A stretch of 64,000 bases of DNA from Ascidiella aspersa. Its lineage: Eukaryota. Made by a program: the position numbers and the translations under genes. This document shows, one piece after another, positions 34,701 to 49,700 of the stretch. Every line of letters begins with the position of its first letter. The stretch's first letter is position 1. Location of the stretch: positions 26,288,001-26,352,000 of the forward strand of contig OZ004609.1 in assembly GCA_963924565.1 (NCBI GenBank). Direction: 5' to 3'. The notes under the pieces were generated by a model. That model was not told the DNA's origin and made no database searches. It was given only the letters and a program-made list of their open reading frames with translations.

Positions 34701-37700
34701 ATACTCTGTTGCATCACACACAGCAACACAGCAGCACTCGGCGGGTCGTCAAAATAGCGCCACGAAACCGCTCGACACCCACTTCACGTCTTGTGTCCTT
34801 GCCCCGTTGCCAGGCGACCCGGGTGGCTTTGGACTGGTCGGTTGAAATAACTCACTTCTTTGTTGTTTCTGCGCCTTCCGATTTCGAGCTTTGTAGTTGG
34901 GCTCGGCGCGCGAACCTCGTCCGGTCGCAGTTTGGAAACGCGTAGTTCGTCCTTATTCCGCGCCTTTTAAACAAATTCCGGTCTTCATTCACGACGGATT
35001 TGCGACGGCCGTGTACACGACCTACAAGTACGTCCCGCGCTTTCCCTTATGTGTGTCTGTTTGGTTTGGGCTGCATTGTTCACCCTTACCTTGGTCATAC
35101 AAGCGAGCGTCGGCGAATTTCTATCTCGTGAATCATAAGGATGATTTGAAACGTTGATCGGCTTCAAAGTATTGTGCTAAGCTTGTATTTGCTCGCGTGC
35201 ATTTTCACGGATGGGCCCTCTCTCGCTGTGACGTAATGACCGCAATTGCTTGTTGTATATGCTGTTTTGACAACTGCCGCAGATAGGAATGCTGTCCTAT
35301 ACATGAGTTAGGAGTTGTTTGTAAATCACGTGCAGCGCCCGTCGATTGTTCCAGTAATCCATCTGTGACGTTAACGCAGTTTTCCTATTGTTGGGATTTT
35401 TTTAATCGCAGCTCTTCATAGTGACGCAATCGATCCACGAGAGGACAAAATCGATGAATATTCGATTTCGTGTGTACACTGATAGTCGATTAGTTATCCC
35501 AATATTTCACGCCATAACGCCTTCTGTTTAAGCGTTCTACTATAAAACACATATCGGCACACACAATTTTGTATTTTTATACAAGCCAAATAAACTTTGT
35601 TCAATTTTAAAGTTCAGTTATGTAATTGAACAACAAGGCACCTAAAAGATGTGCAGCCGTGTATTACCCCGCCCTTGATTTGCAACCTGCCAGTCAGCCG
35701 ACTTGGAAATGATTATATCAATTAATTATCTTTACGTCCGGGTCAAAACCCCAGCGAAACACTCGTCAATTCTATTCGCTGCAGCAATCGAGACTCGTTC
35801 AACCCCTCGCAGTCTGGGCGAATGATTGGCTTCAAGGGCTCGAACGCTCGGCTTGATTTGAATTGAACATGTTTATCCGAAGATAAGGCCCCGGAACCGG
35901 GCCGTGTTTTGCCTGCTTGTTGCCGGGTTCACTGCTCTGGCGGGCATTTATCATGCTGAAATGGCGCCGTTGCTTTGCTGGTTATCGTTCGTTCCGCCTT
36001 CTAAGGGGCGTTCCGCGCTTTATCGTCCCACCCGAATGACGAGAGGCAGCCGCGTTAGACCGTTGGGAAGTTTTGCTGACACTTTATAAAGGCGAAGTTT
36101 GATTTTGGACGAACAGATTTTAACTCTTTGCGCCAACTATGAAAATATCTACATGTTTAAATAGGTTCTCTAATTAACGTCACAGTTTTCTATTGTTATA
36201 TTGCTTTAGGCCAGGGGTCAGCAACCGTTTCCTAGTGGCGCGCCAAACCAAACTCAGCAATTTCTCGGCCGGCAGTAATAATTTTTTTGTTATAAAAACT
36301 TGTAGCCTTTAAGCACTCTTAATCAGGGTCGGACCTAAATGTTTTATGCAATTGTAAAATAGACTAATTTATAAAAAAAATCGTTTGATTGGCTTAAATA
36401 GGCAAACCTTTTAATTTACAAGGTGACGTGAGGCATTGCGCACACACAAAATAAAAGGTATACATATTTCTTTAACTGCTGTTGTTAAGCTATTATCATA
36501 AAAGACGTAATACATCAGTGAAAAAAAGTATAAATTTTGAGAACGTTTTCATTTTAGATAGTTCCACGCTACGAATAATTTCTACTTAAGGGTGCACTAT
36601 ATGGTCTGCGAAGGTTCTTTCAAAACGAAAATCTACTTCAAAGTGAAATTTTAGCTTTTCATTTTCGTATGGGTGAAATAGTTTAAAAAAATGTTAAAAA
36701 TGAAATATTTAAAAATCGCCCATGTCCAGTGTGAAAAAGAGGTCGCGGGCCGGATGATTTTCACCGCGGCCGTAGGTTGCCGACAACACTTCCATCATTG
36801 GTAAACAAGTCAATAGTGGTAAAATTAATCAAAATAAATTTAACCCGTGACATCCGTTTTTGTTCCACCAGCATGTGGCTTCAGCTTTTCTTGGATTGGA
36901 AAGGAAATAACAGATTATGTTTTGTGGAGCCGTCGGTGCTAGTAGCCGTTTTCCGTAGTAATTACCAGTTGTGGTTGGTTTAGCAGCACCTGTCCCAATT
37001 TGCTTCCCAGCGGTAATCGATTGATCCCACACTTGTCCGAACCCTAATTAAGCTAATCTTTTGTCACAAAAAAGGCTAATTTATCCCTGTCAAAAGCTAG
37101 CTGAACACTGCGTCTAGCTTGGGCCAACTAGAAATGCAGTAAACAAGTTAATAGTCGTATTGTTTCGTCGTCTTCTACAATAAAACAGTGAGGCGCTAAA
37201 GTTAAAAGATTGAACAAAAATAAATCCATATAAAGCTAAATAAAATCTAAGGTTCAAACCTTGATCGCATTGTTTAGATTTTATACTTTTATTTCCCCCT
37301 ATATAGTGTGTGTACATGTTAACAGTGTTAACGTATTGAACGGCACAGTGCCGTAACGTTTTAAATATCTCAAATAGCTGATTCGTTCCGCGTGTTAGCT
37401 GATCGGGCAACTGAACCAAACCGCAAAAGAAACGCACTTTAGCTGTTCTTGTTTTTACACTTATGTGGCCTAGTACGGAGGCCGTCTAATGCAATTTTCC
37501 ACGCTGCATTAATGCATCGACCCCCGTGTAGCATTACATCACGAGAACGCTAGTCGGTGACCGTTTTTATTGAAAAGCGTGTAATCGGCTTATTTGAAAG
37601 TGGAGAGTTGCAATCTAATGAAAAACTGCGCTGCCCTATCCGTCAATTAAGCGGCGCCAGGCAAAAAGGCTGGCGATTATAAGGGCCGGGCCGATTTGGT

Positions 37701-40700
37701 CAGCGACCATACAGCATTTCTGCCATTAAATCAGCTCAACAACCACTTGTCCACTTTCGCTTGCAGTCGTATTTTAAGCCGCCGTCACGTCCAAATCGGA
37801 TTTTGAGTTTCATTGCAACTTTAATTGCTAGAGCGGTCGACGCCCTATATTTTGCTTGATTAAGTTCACAAAGTTTGGTCATGACTATTTGTAGCGGTGA
37901 CATGTGGCTGCTTTTTTTTCTATTTTTCTGCGCAAATTGATGTTGCTTCGTTGCTTTAATCATTCCACAACTTTAAATTTTGAGAGTTTCGCTCCAGGTG
38001 CAAATTTTTTGATCAGAACTATTACTGGTTCTTCTCGTACAAATAAATTTTAAATAGATAGTTGTGAAACTGAATCGTTGTTTGAAACTTACTTTCTTGC
38101 AATTAAAGATAAAATTTATGCATTAGAGTTTGTGACATTTAAGTAAATAAGCTCCGAAACCGCTATACGAGAATGCAGAACATAATGTGAAGGAATAGGA
38201 TTTTTTATGAGCACATCATTCGTTAGATTTGCGTCGCATTCGAAGCTTGCGTTATACGAACACAACGCTGCCTTTGCCTTTTACCATTGCTACCTCACGA
38301 ACGGCCGAAAACTGTCCGATGCTTGTCACAAACTCTTCCTTTGCCAAAAGTAGGAACTCCTCGTCATCCAAACCGAATCTCCCATGGTTCGAGCGAACGC
38401 GCATCCAGTGCCAGGAGCGGTGGCGGTTATTAACTAGTTTATTGGCCCTTTAACCTTTCTAACGGTTCGAAGGTAGAGTCGCTAATTACACAGAGGCCGC
38501 GTTTTACAACCGGCGTCGACGGACGGACGGGATTAAACAGAACGGTCGCTTTGTTTATTTTCCGCGGCTCTCTCACCGCTGGCCCCTGCGTGTTTTCTGA
38601 CCTGTGCTTGGTGGGGAGAAAACGAATTGTGTCGAGTGTGAACTTTGCGCTTCGTTTTACGGCGAAGCTGCCCTAAAACGATGACTTTTCTGTGGTTAGA
38701 GGAATGCTTTGTGCGGCTTTTTTTAACAGAGTGAATTGAGAAAAGTGTTTTTGGTATGTTTAACACATGACGATAAATAAATTATTATTTATACAAAATA
38801 TCTATACATTTTCACTTATAAACCTTCGTAATAAAAGTCGGCTAATACCTAATTTGTTCACGACATGCGAGAATAACACTATGATTCATCTGCTTGCGAT
38901 GTTGGTACTTAACATTCCCCCCAATATATTCTCCGTGAGTCTGTCTCAAGTTTGCCGTTAAGTCATCAAAGGGCGAGTGTGTCATTCAGTGAAAAATATA
39001 ATCTTTGTTAACCTCCTCCTGGTTTCCCTAAAAATTCTATCACATTTTTAACGATTTGAATAAACACGCTGAATTGTCCGTAACAAGATTCTCCGTATCG
39101 TAAAAAATGGGGATCGGGGCATTCTATCGTGCGCCTATGCCACTGGTTCTGAACCGGGGTTCCGCGGCGCCTGATGTGCCATTGCTAATGCTCAGAGTAC
39201 CGATAGGTATTTGAAAACTTTTAAGAATCTAATTTTTGCTCAATTGGTAAGCTTCTTGATACAACAATTTGTGTACGATTAGAGACCACTATATCGAATG
39301 ACATTTTCCTTCATGTTTTAAGTTGACTGTGCTCTTCCAGATCCATTTATAGTGACATTTAAGGTAAAATAATCCACGAAAATTCAAATCGGAGTGCCTA
39401 AAATTTATTTATAATTTTTGAGGGGTGCCGTTAGCCATAAAAGATTGAGAATCACTGCCCTATCCGGACAAAAAAAAACACGTTAAACTTTTCCTTTGTA
39501 TTTCGCTCGCCCTGTAAAAAGTGACCTACTCGTCGCTCGGTTTGGCGTCCCGATCTATCAGGATCAAACGGCCTTCATAAAAAAGCCAACCAGCTCTGAC
39601 ATTTTAACGTCGTGTCGCCTCGGCAGCGCTGGAGTGCCTTAGTCGAGTGCAAAGCGCATCCCGCGTCGCGCTGCCTTCCCAGCTCCGTTTCATCGCCTGT
39701 CAATTACTCGATGTTGACTTGTTTATCCGCTGGTTGACGGGCTGGTCGGCTTACAGCCGGGCGTGGCTACCTTTGCTTACCAAGTCGCTCAAGCAATCCT
39801 GCTATTTTTTCCTTACTGTATATTGCCGTTTGGACTCGTTTTCGGTGAAAGGTCTTCGCGCAAATATTTGCATTGCGTGGCCACCGCTTTGGGTGCGACA
39901 AGTACAATCCCGAAGAGCCTAAAATTGAGCGAGCTTTGTCGTTTGACTTTGCTCGATACCGTCGGGTGTTTTTGCAAAACGCTGGTCTGCAATCAACATA
40001 ATGGTTAAAATCAACACCTGATGGAAAAATACGTTTTACACACAATAACTGAAAATATTCATCAACCCCGACAATATAAGTTTATTCGAAATCGAAGTGA
40101 TAATAAAAGTAGATGCTGGGAAGTCGCGTGTTAAAATATTAGAACTTTTGGCAATTCAAACGACGAAAACGCATTTCAACGCCGTAGCAAAGCGTTTGAT
40201 GCAACGTTGTTAACGCCCTGGCTACGGATCAAACGAACACTCTTGGGCAAACGTCCTCATCGTGTTTTTTGTGTTTTATTGCTTCCTGCAGTAAATCGGC
40301 CTGGGCATCGAAACCGGTAAGCCAGGGCATCCAAAGTTGTTACGAGGCACGGAGCTCGCGAAGTGTAGAAATAGATTCCTTTGAGATACGTCAATCTGGT
40401 CCCACGCTTCTCTAAATTACCGGAAGACATCGTCAAAATGCAATATATCTGCCCTCGCGGTTTAACCTGTTTCGCCGACAGCCCCACCTGCACTTTTGGC
40501 GAGAAAACGGTGAAGTTTTGGAATTTGTCTTTCGGCGCTAAATTTCGGTAATCGCCGCGTTTAGATTTTCAATAATGTCCGACCCGTATGACGTCTGTTT
40601 TTGACTAAAATTATACGTTTCACAAAACGAAGTGCGTCAACGGAGCGTCGCGTGGTTTCGCTAAGGGGCTTTTATAACTTTTCTACTCGAAAATATCGAA

Positions 40701-43700
40701 CCTCTTATTGGCGAAACGGCAAAGAGGATTTTGTTACGACCTACCGAAGCGAGGAAATGCTATTTGTTTTGTATCAAATATATTTAGGGGAACTCCTAAT
40801 TACCTTTTTGGCCGCTAAATCCGCTGTAAGACGTCTATTGGTATGAATCATTCCATTGCAATGCACTTTTTGTTTATGGTGAAGTTCGAACATTAAATTT
40901 ACATTGAATATCGTCAATTTAATCCGTGCTTATTTAAGGATACTGGTAATTTTGGATAGTCATTCCGCATCATTATATCCCGTTTTGACGCCTTTTTTAT
41001 TTTTTTGCATTGGCGTCGATTTTACAAATAATTCACTTTTTAACATAAAAGTTACAAAATTTCATTTTTTTAACGAAGCTTGCAACAGTTTTTCTTCCGT
41101 GCCTGGATTAGCAGCAATCACTGAAAAAAATTAAAAGGATCGAGTAGATAAAATAAATACCGCTTAAGGACCGCGACGCCTTTTAGCCGCAAAAAAAGAG
41201 GTTAAAAATATCTAAAAAGTTTCACCAATTCCAATGCGCGAGCGTGGGACTTTGCTTCCATGCCAGCTCCAGCCAAGTACCGTTTTCCCGTCGTTCCAAA
41301 CTAAGGAGACGCACAAAAGCCTCCTTATTCAATCACGGCGAATTACATTTAGCCCACGCGTCTGTCTCCGGCGCGATTCCAGGTGTCTATCCAATGCCGA
41401 TTCCCATGCGAAATGGAGCGGGAACCGCACGGACACATTTCCTCTCGTCTCCGACCCATATCATCCCGTCACCTCCCCACAATCTGCATCTACCCCAACC
41501 CACTTCAGTATCTTTCGAGGCCGTCGATCGGATGTTTTCTACACGACGGCGTCACAATGAAGGGCTTTGTTGCATCACCGAGCAGCGTTTCTCCGCGCCC
41601 GCTCAGGCGTGAACGCAACGGGGGAAGTGGACAGCCTACAGTGCCATCTCCAACCAAAATGTCAGGGTTTATTTTCGTTTGACGATAAACGATTTTTGTT
41701 CGGTCTAAGCGTTTGCAAGAGCAGAGCCATGCCCGAGCGACGCGTTTTTGTGCGAATTTTAGTCGACGTTTGTTTTCTTTGCATTATGCAATTCCTTTTT
41801 TCTGAAAAAGGCCAGTGTGTGTGCTCATGTCGCTGATATTAAACAATTTTCGCTCATACGCATTTGTCGTAATAGCCTATGTTGCTGTAGCATGTTGTTA
41901 CCGACAGTCGATTCGTAAGTGTTTAGTTTTTGGATGAATCAGGTTTCGTGTTTGATTAAATCAGCTTTTTAAGTGTATTTTTTTAAATGTTTTGTTAGGA
42001 TAGGTTTGGCATTGCGAGATACATTCAAAATGTGTTTACTCCTCTAAAATGACTAGCTAATTTTAATAATAGTGAGAGATAACATCGAAGTGTTTTATTT
42101 ATGGTTAAACACCATCCGTGATGAGCTATTCAAGGCACGGAATTTCTGTGATTAAATCTGCATCTTTACAAACCCTGGATGCGAAAAACAATTGTGGTCT
42201 CAATTCGGGAGTGTAGAGGCATGTTTGCTTATTTTAACGAGAAACTTAACGAGATTCCGATATAGGTCTGACACTAAAACACGTATGACCTTGCCGCCGT
42301 GTAATTCCCAACGGGAGAAGCGGTCCGCCATCGGATTTATCGCCCGCAATAGCAGGCTTGTGGATTTCCTCGGTACAGGCCGATGTGATGTGTAATACGC
42401 CAGCATCGACAAATCACCGTTCGTCCGACGAAGTCCGCCCGCAAATCTTACTTCGCGATGTGCCCTGCGTATACACGAGTGCTTTATCTCGTCCAGCGAT
42501 CTCCGGCGAAAATGTCATGAGCGCTGTTCTTGGCGTTCGCGTGTCGTAATTGCGTCGATCGCTTGCGCCCGTCCCTGCCTTTAATGTCAAAATAAACGTC
42601 TTGCGAAACCTCAGCCGTTCGAGGTTTTTGATCTTGCTTCGCCAACGAGCGATCTGTTTTCCTTGGCGGCGAAATCGACCCTCTGCCTATCCTGATGCGC
42701 TGCGTAAAGTCTTTTCTGCGAGAAACCACTGCTTGTTCGTTTTGCAGTAACGCAAACGACGATTTGCGGTGAAAATCGAATTTCGCTTTACGCCGACAAC
42801 ACCTGGATTGCAAAATTACGACGCGCATTGACGCAGATCTAATGCTCTTGTGGTGTCACGACACATCTGACATTTAGGGCAACTTCTGGAAATAAACATT
42901 AGGATAAACCGTTTTGGCAGTCCAAATGCATCGTTAAAGTCAGTTGTGCTCACGTTAGTGTTATTAGGATGCGTATATCTCGACTTTAAGAGCGTTATCT
43001 CTATTAAACTCTAATATATCCGATTTGCAAATGTCAATGTGGTTTTCCGTTGCCTACTTCTGGTACAACAGTGCGATAAACCATATTTAAGTCTTATAAT
43101 AAACTATAGCTGTATGCAGTAATGCCTTAAAGTAATACCTGTTTAGAGTTCACGGAAAGCATTGAATCCTGTTTAGATTATTTATATTTCGTTAGTTGTG
43201 CGAACAAGCTTTTACCGACACTATATACAGGAACAACACCCAAATCAACGGTTCCCAATCCCAACTTTTGCTGCGTTGTCGAAAAAATGCGTGCTGCGCA
43301 GTTTCGAGCAACAGAAGGCACTTTTGGACGCTGCTTTTCATTTAACGGCTGTTATTTAACATTCTCTTCGCGCCTTTTTACCGTTGTCAATCAGAACCGA
43401 TAGGTGACAGACCAGTGGCAGTCAAGCGACATACGCGCCCCATACATTTCTGCTGGTCAGCTGCAGACCACTCCTCGCGCGGCCCGATCGTTTTTGTTTG
43501 TTTGACTTTCGCCCAAACCGTCCCAACTGCAAATCGCCGTGTTATTGTTGCCTCTCGCATCGCCTTGTTTGTCGTCTGCCGACGGGGCTACCGGCCATTA
43601 CTACATATACACACGGCGCCCTGGGAACATCATGTCAGTCTTGTGGCGGCCGAGGTGGCGCACTTTGGAGTACGAAGTTTAAATTGACCAAATTTCGCTT

Positions 43701-46700
43701 TAAACACATTTTCTGTTAAATTTAATTTTTAGTTTAGACTTGATCACACGGTTCTGTCTGTTCAAGTTAACACTATATTTGGTTTTACTTTGTACAATCC
43801 CAGGGCCTCTGGCAGAGTTTAGCTATCTATTTAATTTTGTTAACACAGTTTGGGCTCCATTGAGTTTAATACCAGACCATGTGTGACGTATAAGTGTTTT
43901 CCATTTCTGTCGCAAAATCCACTGGCACAGCTTTAGAATTTAATCAGGTTTACTACGGTCCCGAGAGCGCAAAACGCTCCCACGAGTAAAGGCACACGCC
44001 AACAAAGTTGCGTTCAAAGGGGCTGTTTACCTGCGGGTTGCGGGTGGCCCCTGCCAGCTCCACTTGCGTCACAGGATTATTCCGATTCCTTTGAGACCCG
44101 GGAACTTGGCGGCGGCCTTTTTTGCAGGACAACAACAGCGACTTCAATGAATTATCTCTTACGTCGGTTGGCAAATGTCTCGGCTATCTTTAAGCCGCGT
44201 TATTTCCGTCGTCCAAGGTCTAACAGCGTCGATATGTTTGCCCCGTTCATTTGCGCCCGTCGGTTAATGTCGCATAATGTACGCTAGATCGCTAAAGATC
44301 CGGCTGCATTCACACCGGGCCGCGAAATCGATTTAGCGTCGCTGTGCGAAGGCAACTCGAACCGGTGTAGAGCTGCTTTAACTATGTTCGCAGTAGCCCA
44401 AAGCTGTCACACAGCCGCAGAGCTTGCCTGGCGATATGACGCTCCGACTCTCTATATGTGTTGATGACGTAAGAATGCCGTAGGCGCTGCTTGTGTTTGG
44501 GAAAGCAACGCTATGTTGTGAGGCATTAGTAAAAGGCAGGGTAAAGTCGACGGCACCTAGCTTAGAGAAGAGCTTTCGAAATAGGGACGCTCGCTGTAAA
44601 TGCCGTGTTTTTTTGCTTGGGTGTCGATTACTGGAAGATGTTCTGTTTATCCTGAACCGAGTCGATCAAAAGGGCGCGGTGACAGTTTAGAGATCAACTC
44701 GGCATATTTGTGAGGTTGGCGCCACAGTTTAGGGAGTGGACGTGTATTGTGTAGGCCCTATTGCCATTTTCTGGCTTAAAATGTCGACAAACATGCTTTG
44801 AGTGCGTTTATGTGGGGCGCGACAAGTTTGCGACAAGCTCAATTAAGGTCCTGTGTCATTCGCGACAGATCAGACAGCGCGTCAGCTGTGATTTCATGTC
44901 AGTTCATGTTTAGATTAACCGCGTCAGCGACTATTGCGCCAACGAGGTACACATGCAGCTTGCAGATACCTATCTATACGCTTTCACGTATAACTCATAC
45001 TAAACTGGATGCAAAATGAAAGTTGCTTGTTAAATTATCATAGCGTGTCCGGTGCGTATTTCCTGTACCTCACATTGGACGTTGGTCAACGCTAGGACGT
45101 CATATTGTTGTGGCACTGATCTGCAGTTGTAGTTTTCGCGCTGGCTTTTCGACAACTCAGCGCTAGTTTAGCACCCGGGTGTGGACTTCACATAAAAGTG
45201 ACAGGCGTAATCCCAGCGTTGAGAGGGAAATTCTATAATGTTATGCATGGTCGTATGAGATATGAATAGAGATAGAATACCAGGCATTCCCCAGACTGGT
45301 AAACATTTGTACAACCTTAACGGAAACCTATCTAGGAAGATATCGAAAGTTCCAACCTCGACTCCCACTGTTGCTAGGCGACGGTGAGCCTGTGAACGTG
45401 AGAAAGTACATGGTTTACTCCCTCTTCGGATTTAGTTCAAGGCCAATGCAAACAGGCACTGTTTGCGTGCGTTGTGTATAGAAACTAGTTCTATTGTGGT
45501 ACGGCATGCTGTACGAGTCGAAAGGAGCGTTTTATTTTCCTGATCGGTTAGGTTTCATTTTCTGGCTAGATTTAACTGATCTCTTTAGGTTTTAAGTGAA
45601 GATAAGTGGTCAGTGCCTAGGTGGTAATTTCATAGCTTACCAGGCTTAGGGCAAAGTTTTGCTATGGTGGTTGGGGTATATTTAGGGTTTTTTACAGGTT
45701 AGTAGCTGGGTGGTCTATAGTTATTTCTATATCACACGGGAAGTGATTTGGTTGGCTACCATTAAAATATAATAATAACCAACTCCGGTGTTCGATGAAA
45801 AGTTAACATTCAGGTGCTTTTTTTACAAACGATTTAAAAATAGGGAAAAACGCAGAATTGAAATACAAAACATTAGAAAAGCAAAGACAAGGCTATTTAA
45901 GTTTAATCTGTACTGAGTTGAACACTTTTCAAAAGCATTTAAAAGGCAAACACGGGCCACCAAAATCTTGTTAGAGTGTCATATGTCGCGCAACCACGAC
46001 TTTCGCTCCGTGCAAGCGAGCGAGGAAAATTGAGCAGCAGCGGCAGCAGATCATCACAGGATCATATGTCCAACTTCCACGATAGCAGCTGGCCAACGCG
46101 CGGCTCCTATAGCTCTGCGCGTGCGAGTCGAGTGACGTGCGGTTACAACAGGTGGAAGAATCCGAGCCGCAATAATTGCCCAATAATCGCTTCCCAGTTC
46201 GCCTTCACTGAAACTCGCCCGGCGTCCGCGGACCGATTGGACGCCGCTGTTTACCGGCTAATTAACGTGGAAGACGCGCCGGCGCAATCCAATTACTCGC
46301 TCGTAAGCCAACGTGTCTTAACAAGGGGGGTGGCCGTCGCGATTCGTTACGCTCGCTTTCGTACTGAAGACGGTACAAAGCCGTGGGTTGGACCGATGTC
46401 TGGACCCGGGATAAACGAGAATTATGTATTTTAATTACTTTTGTCGAGATTTCGGGAACCGCCGGGTTGAGTGGCTGTAGCAAACTTTTCGTGTAGCAGG
46501 AGTTTAATTTGCGAGAAAGTTCTATTGGTTTGACCGATACCGTGGAGTTACCATATAAACGGTGAAACTGGTATAACGCAGGTATCGGGAAGTGTTTACG
46601 GTAAAAACAGCTCAAGACCGGCTTTGTCATCATGTAATTCTCTTTCTCCCTTGAAATTCTTCGCCGGGTCGAAATCTCAGAAGTTTCCGAATTTGACTTG

Positions 46701-49700
46701 TGACGTCACTGTCAGAGGAGTCGAGCGCTTGCACTTGAACCGACTCGGGCGACGAGCATGTCGATGACGTAATGGCGGCGCATGAGAAAAGTGATTCAGT
46801 GTTGCGTAGGTTGCCGGCCGTAATGTCCGCTTATTTGTGCTTACCTGCCGATGCGCAAAGCGGCGGTGACCTAACTAGAGTGCTTAGGGCCGCGATTACT
46901 GATTACTATCGGCCGACAGGTGGCTTTGCCGGGGCGCTTACTTTAAGAAACATGGGTAAACTGGGGTGAATCACCCTTAAATCTTATCCCCTGGGCGGAA
47001 ACAGTACCCGCACAACAACACATCTCGTTTTTTTAGAGGCCAAATCCTATTACGTCTCTCAGATTGCGTTTCTGAGGATTACAGAGTTTACCCGTCGTTT
47101 TTAATCAATTTTGACAATTTGTTTTTACATTGGCGAACTTAGGATATCACTTCAAAGCAGTTGCGACTGCAGTCTTTGCCGGGATTCGAGTGGCTATCGT
47201 GTGTGTTTTGTGAGTGTTTGCGACGCCTGATTAATCTACCACGCCTCAACAGAACGCGGAAACCTAAAAAGCGCCCGCCCCTTTCTTTCTATAAAGCGCA
47301 AAATCTCCTTCAAAGATCCGTATCTCAAATAAAGAATCGATTATATAAAAATAGCGCTTTAAATTTCTATTACAGTCTAATTATTGGTGCTACGACGTGC
47401 TTTCCCAAGCGATCACTCCGTCAAGGAATCTCTCGTGCGGTGTAAATCCTTCGCAAAGCGCTCGCCTAAGTTTGTTGTGCCGCGGTTAGCTGCTCGTCTA
47501 TCCGTCCATCTAAAAGCGCCCGGTTGCTCCAAAGCCGAAATCTTGCGCGAGAGAGTTTGTCATATAAGGCAACGCGGTTGCGCTCTTATCCCGCCTGCGA
47601 GGGCTAATCAGCACCTGCGCTGTATGCTATTATTTCCACGGACAAGCGTTTTTGAGTCGGAGAACTGTTTTTCGCCATTGTAAGGTCAAAGGACTGTTTT
47701 TTTCGCTAGCAGTATGAGATGGTAGAACTGTTTCTTTTCACGTACGCCCCAAATAGTTGCGGGATTTTGCGTCTGCGACAGTAGTGGCCGCTGATGTTTT
47801 CATTTATTCGTGGAGGCCAAAAACTATTTTTTTGCAAAGGCACCCACGCGGGACAGACTTCCAAATTTTGTGGGAAAATTTGGTTGTTGATGGAGTTGTG
47901 CAACGCGCCGTGTCACCACTCATTGTGACCTTGTCGCGCCGATGTGACCTTGAAAAGGCCGGACCCCGCCCCTCGGCACGCCAAAAGACCCGCTGCCCTC
48001 TATTGGTCGTTTATTTTTGTCGTTGGGGCCAAAAATTCAAAAATTCCTGAAACTGTTTGGCCCTTTGTTGTGGCGATAGTTTTTTTTTCAATTTATTGCC
48101 TACTTTGTATGCTGGGAAACTCTTCTAAAAATAACGCGAGCTGTTAATGGTTTCTGTGCCTCTCAGCGTTCTTTGACCAGGTTAAAGCAATCTGATTGGC
48201 GTTATTTGATGTTTGAAGCGCTCGTAAAGCGCTGAACCGAATAAACTGCATTCGCCGGCCGAAGAAACCGCTTTATTTTCTTGAAGGCAATCTGTTTGCG
48301 TAGCTGCCGCGCTAACTTAGCTGGGCATTTTCGGCGACGACTTCAAACGTCGGGTGTATCAGAAATCGAAGGAAAATAAACACGCTGGGTCATCGACCGA
48401 AGTCGCGCTTCCAAAAAACCGACGGAACCGCGTTTCCACTTCCGCGCTCTGTCCCGCAGAGTGGCCGCTTTCCGCGCCATTTAATAGCGCTTGAGTCGAG
48501 TGGGCGGTCCGCGGCAGCCGCTCGCTTTGATGCCCGCCAGCCAGCACGTGACTTCGCGCTTGGCCGCCTGTGATTGTGACCTCCTTTTTTCCTCTCTTTC
48601 GTCGAGCCAGCTTTGCCAGTCGCGCTCGTGGCCGCTTCATGACAGGAGAGTCGCTGCGGGCGAAGGGCGCGTTTTGAGTTTTTGGGCCAGCCGACGTTAT
48701 CGATCGCCGTTTAGTGCCACTGTCAATGCCGTAACGACTCGCCCGAGTTCGATTTACGGCCGGATTACGGAAATTAACTGCTCCATCGACCTGGACTAAC
48801 GATCGCCTGCTTTTGACAGTTTTGCCTGAAGTCTTTTGGATTATTCTTTGGAGGCGTTTTTTTCGCGACAGTCCAGTTTGAAGGTTAAGCTAGGAACTTT
48901 AGTTCAAACTCAGGAAAATCTGTAGACCTCTTGTATTCGCTACATTATGATCAGAGGATTAGTGTGAGATATTGTAGATTATTGTGAGATATTATAAAAA
49001 GAAAACGTTTCTGAATAGATAAATAACAAACTGATTAACAGTTAAGGAAGAGTTGACGATGCCAAAGAGTAATGTGCTGTGTGTTTGTCGTAGCTATAGA
49101 ACCATCAGTTTCACTGGCTATTGCCTTTGTGTAGTCGCGGGTTTTTATTTTTGACGTTGACTACGACCATAGGCGAGCTGAGGATCATCTGACCGGGCGC
49201 CCGCGCAGCTGTGAAACTTTCTCCCGCAACTTTCCCGCGAGTCCGAAATAATTTCGAGTGGAAACAAAACATGCCAAGCACCTTTCACTTGAATGACGCC
49301 ACGGCATGTAATACCCATTGTGCCCACACCTTGTTAACTCGTACAAAACGGCTACAGGGCCTCCCTTGTGTAGCACCGTGTAGTGGGGGCGCAAGGGTCA
49401 CGTCGTGTACCTCGTTGTTGTACTCGTGTAGGTGATTACGCGATTACATTGCTAGTCGACTTCGATACGTACACAAAAGTATCGTGTTGTGCTGTGTACG
49501 ACAGGTTAGCGAGATGTTGTACACAGGTTTAACCTATAACAAGGCAAATATTTGATGTAAAATTGAAACAAAGATATGTACTGTATGAGTTTTTTTTATT
49601 TCAGCCACCATCAGTATGTGATTTATTGCGCGCGCTATCGAACGAAAAGCGTTTGAGAAAGTTGTTTCTCCAGTTGCCAGCGGAGCGCGTTGGGCGCCAT

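Noticed and set aside
36981-37003. TAGCAGCAC, a miR-15/16-like seed
   Set aside because: No complementary arm to form a pre-miRNA hairpin.
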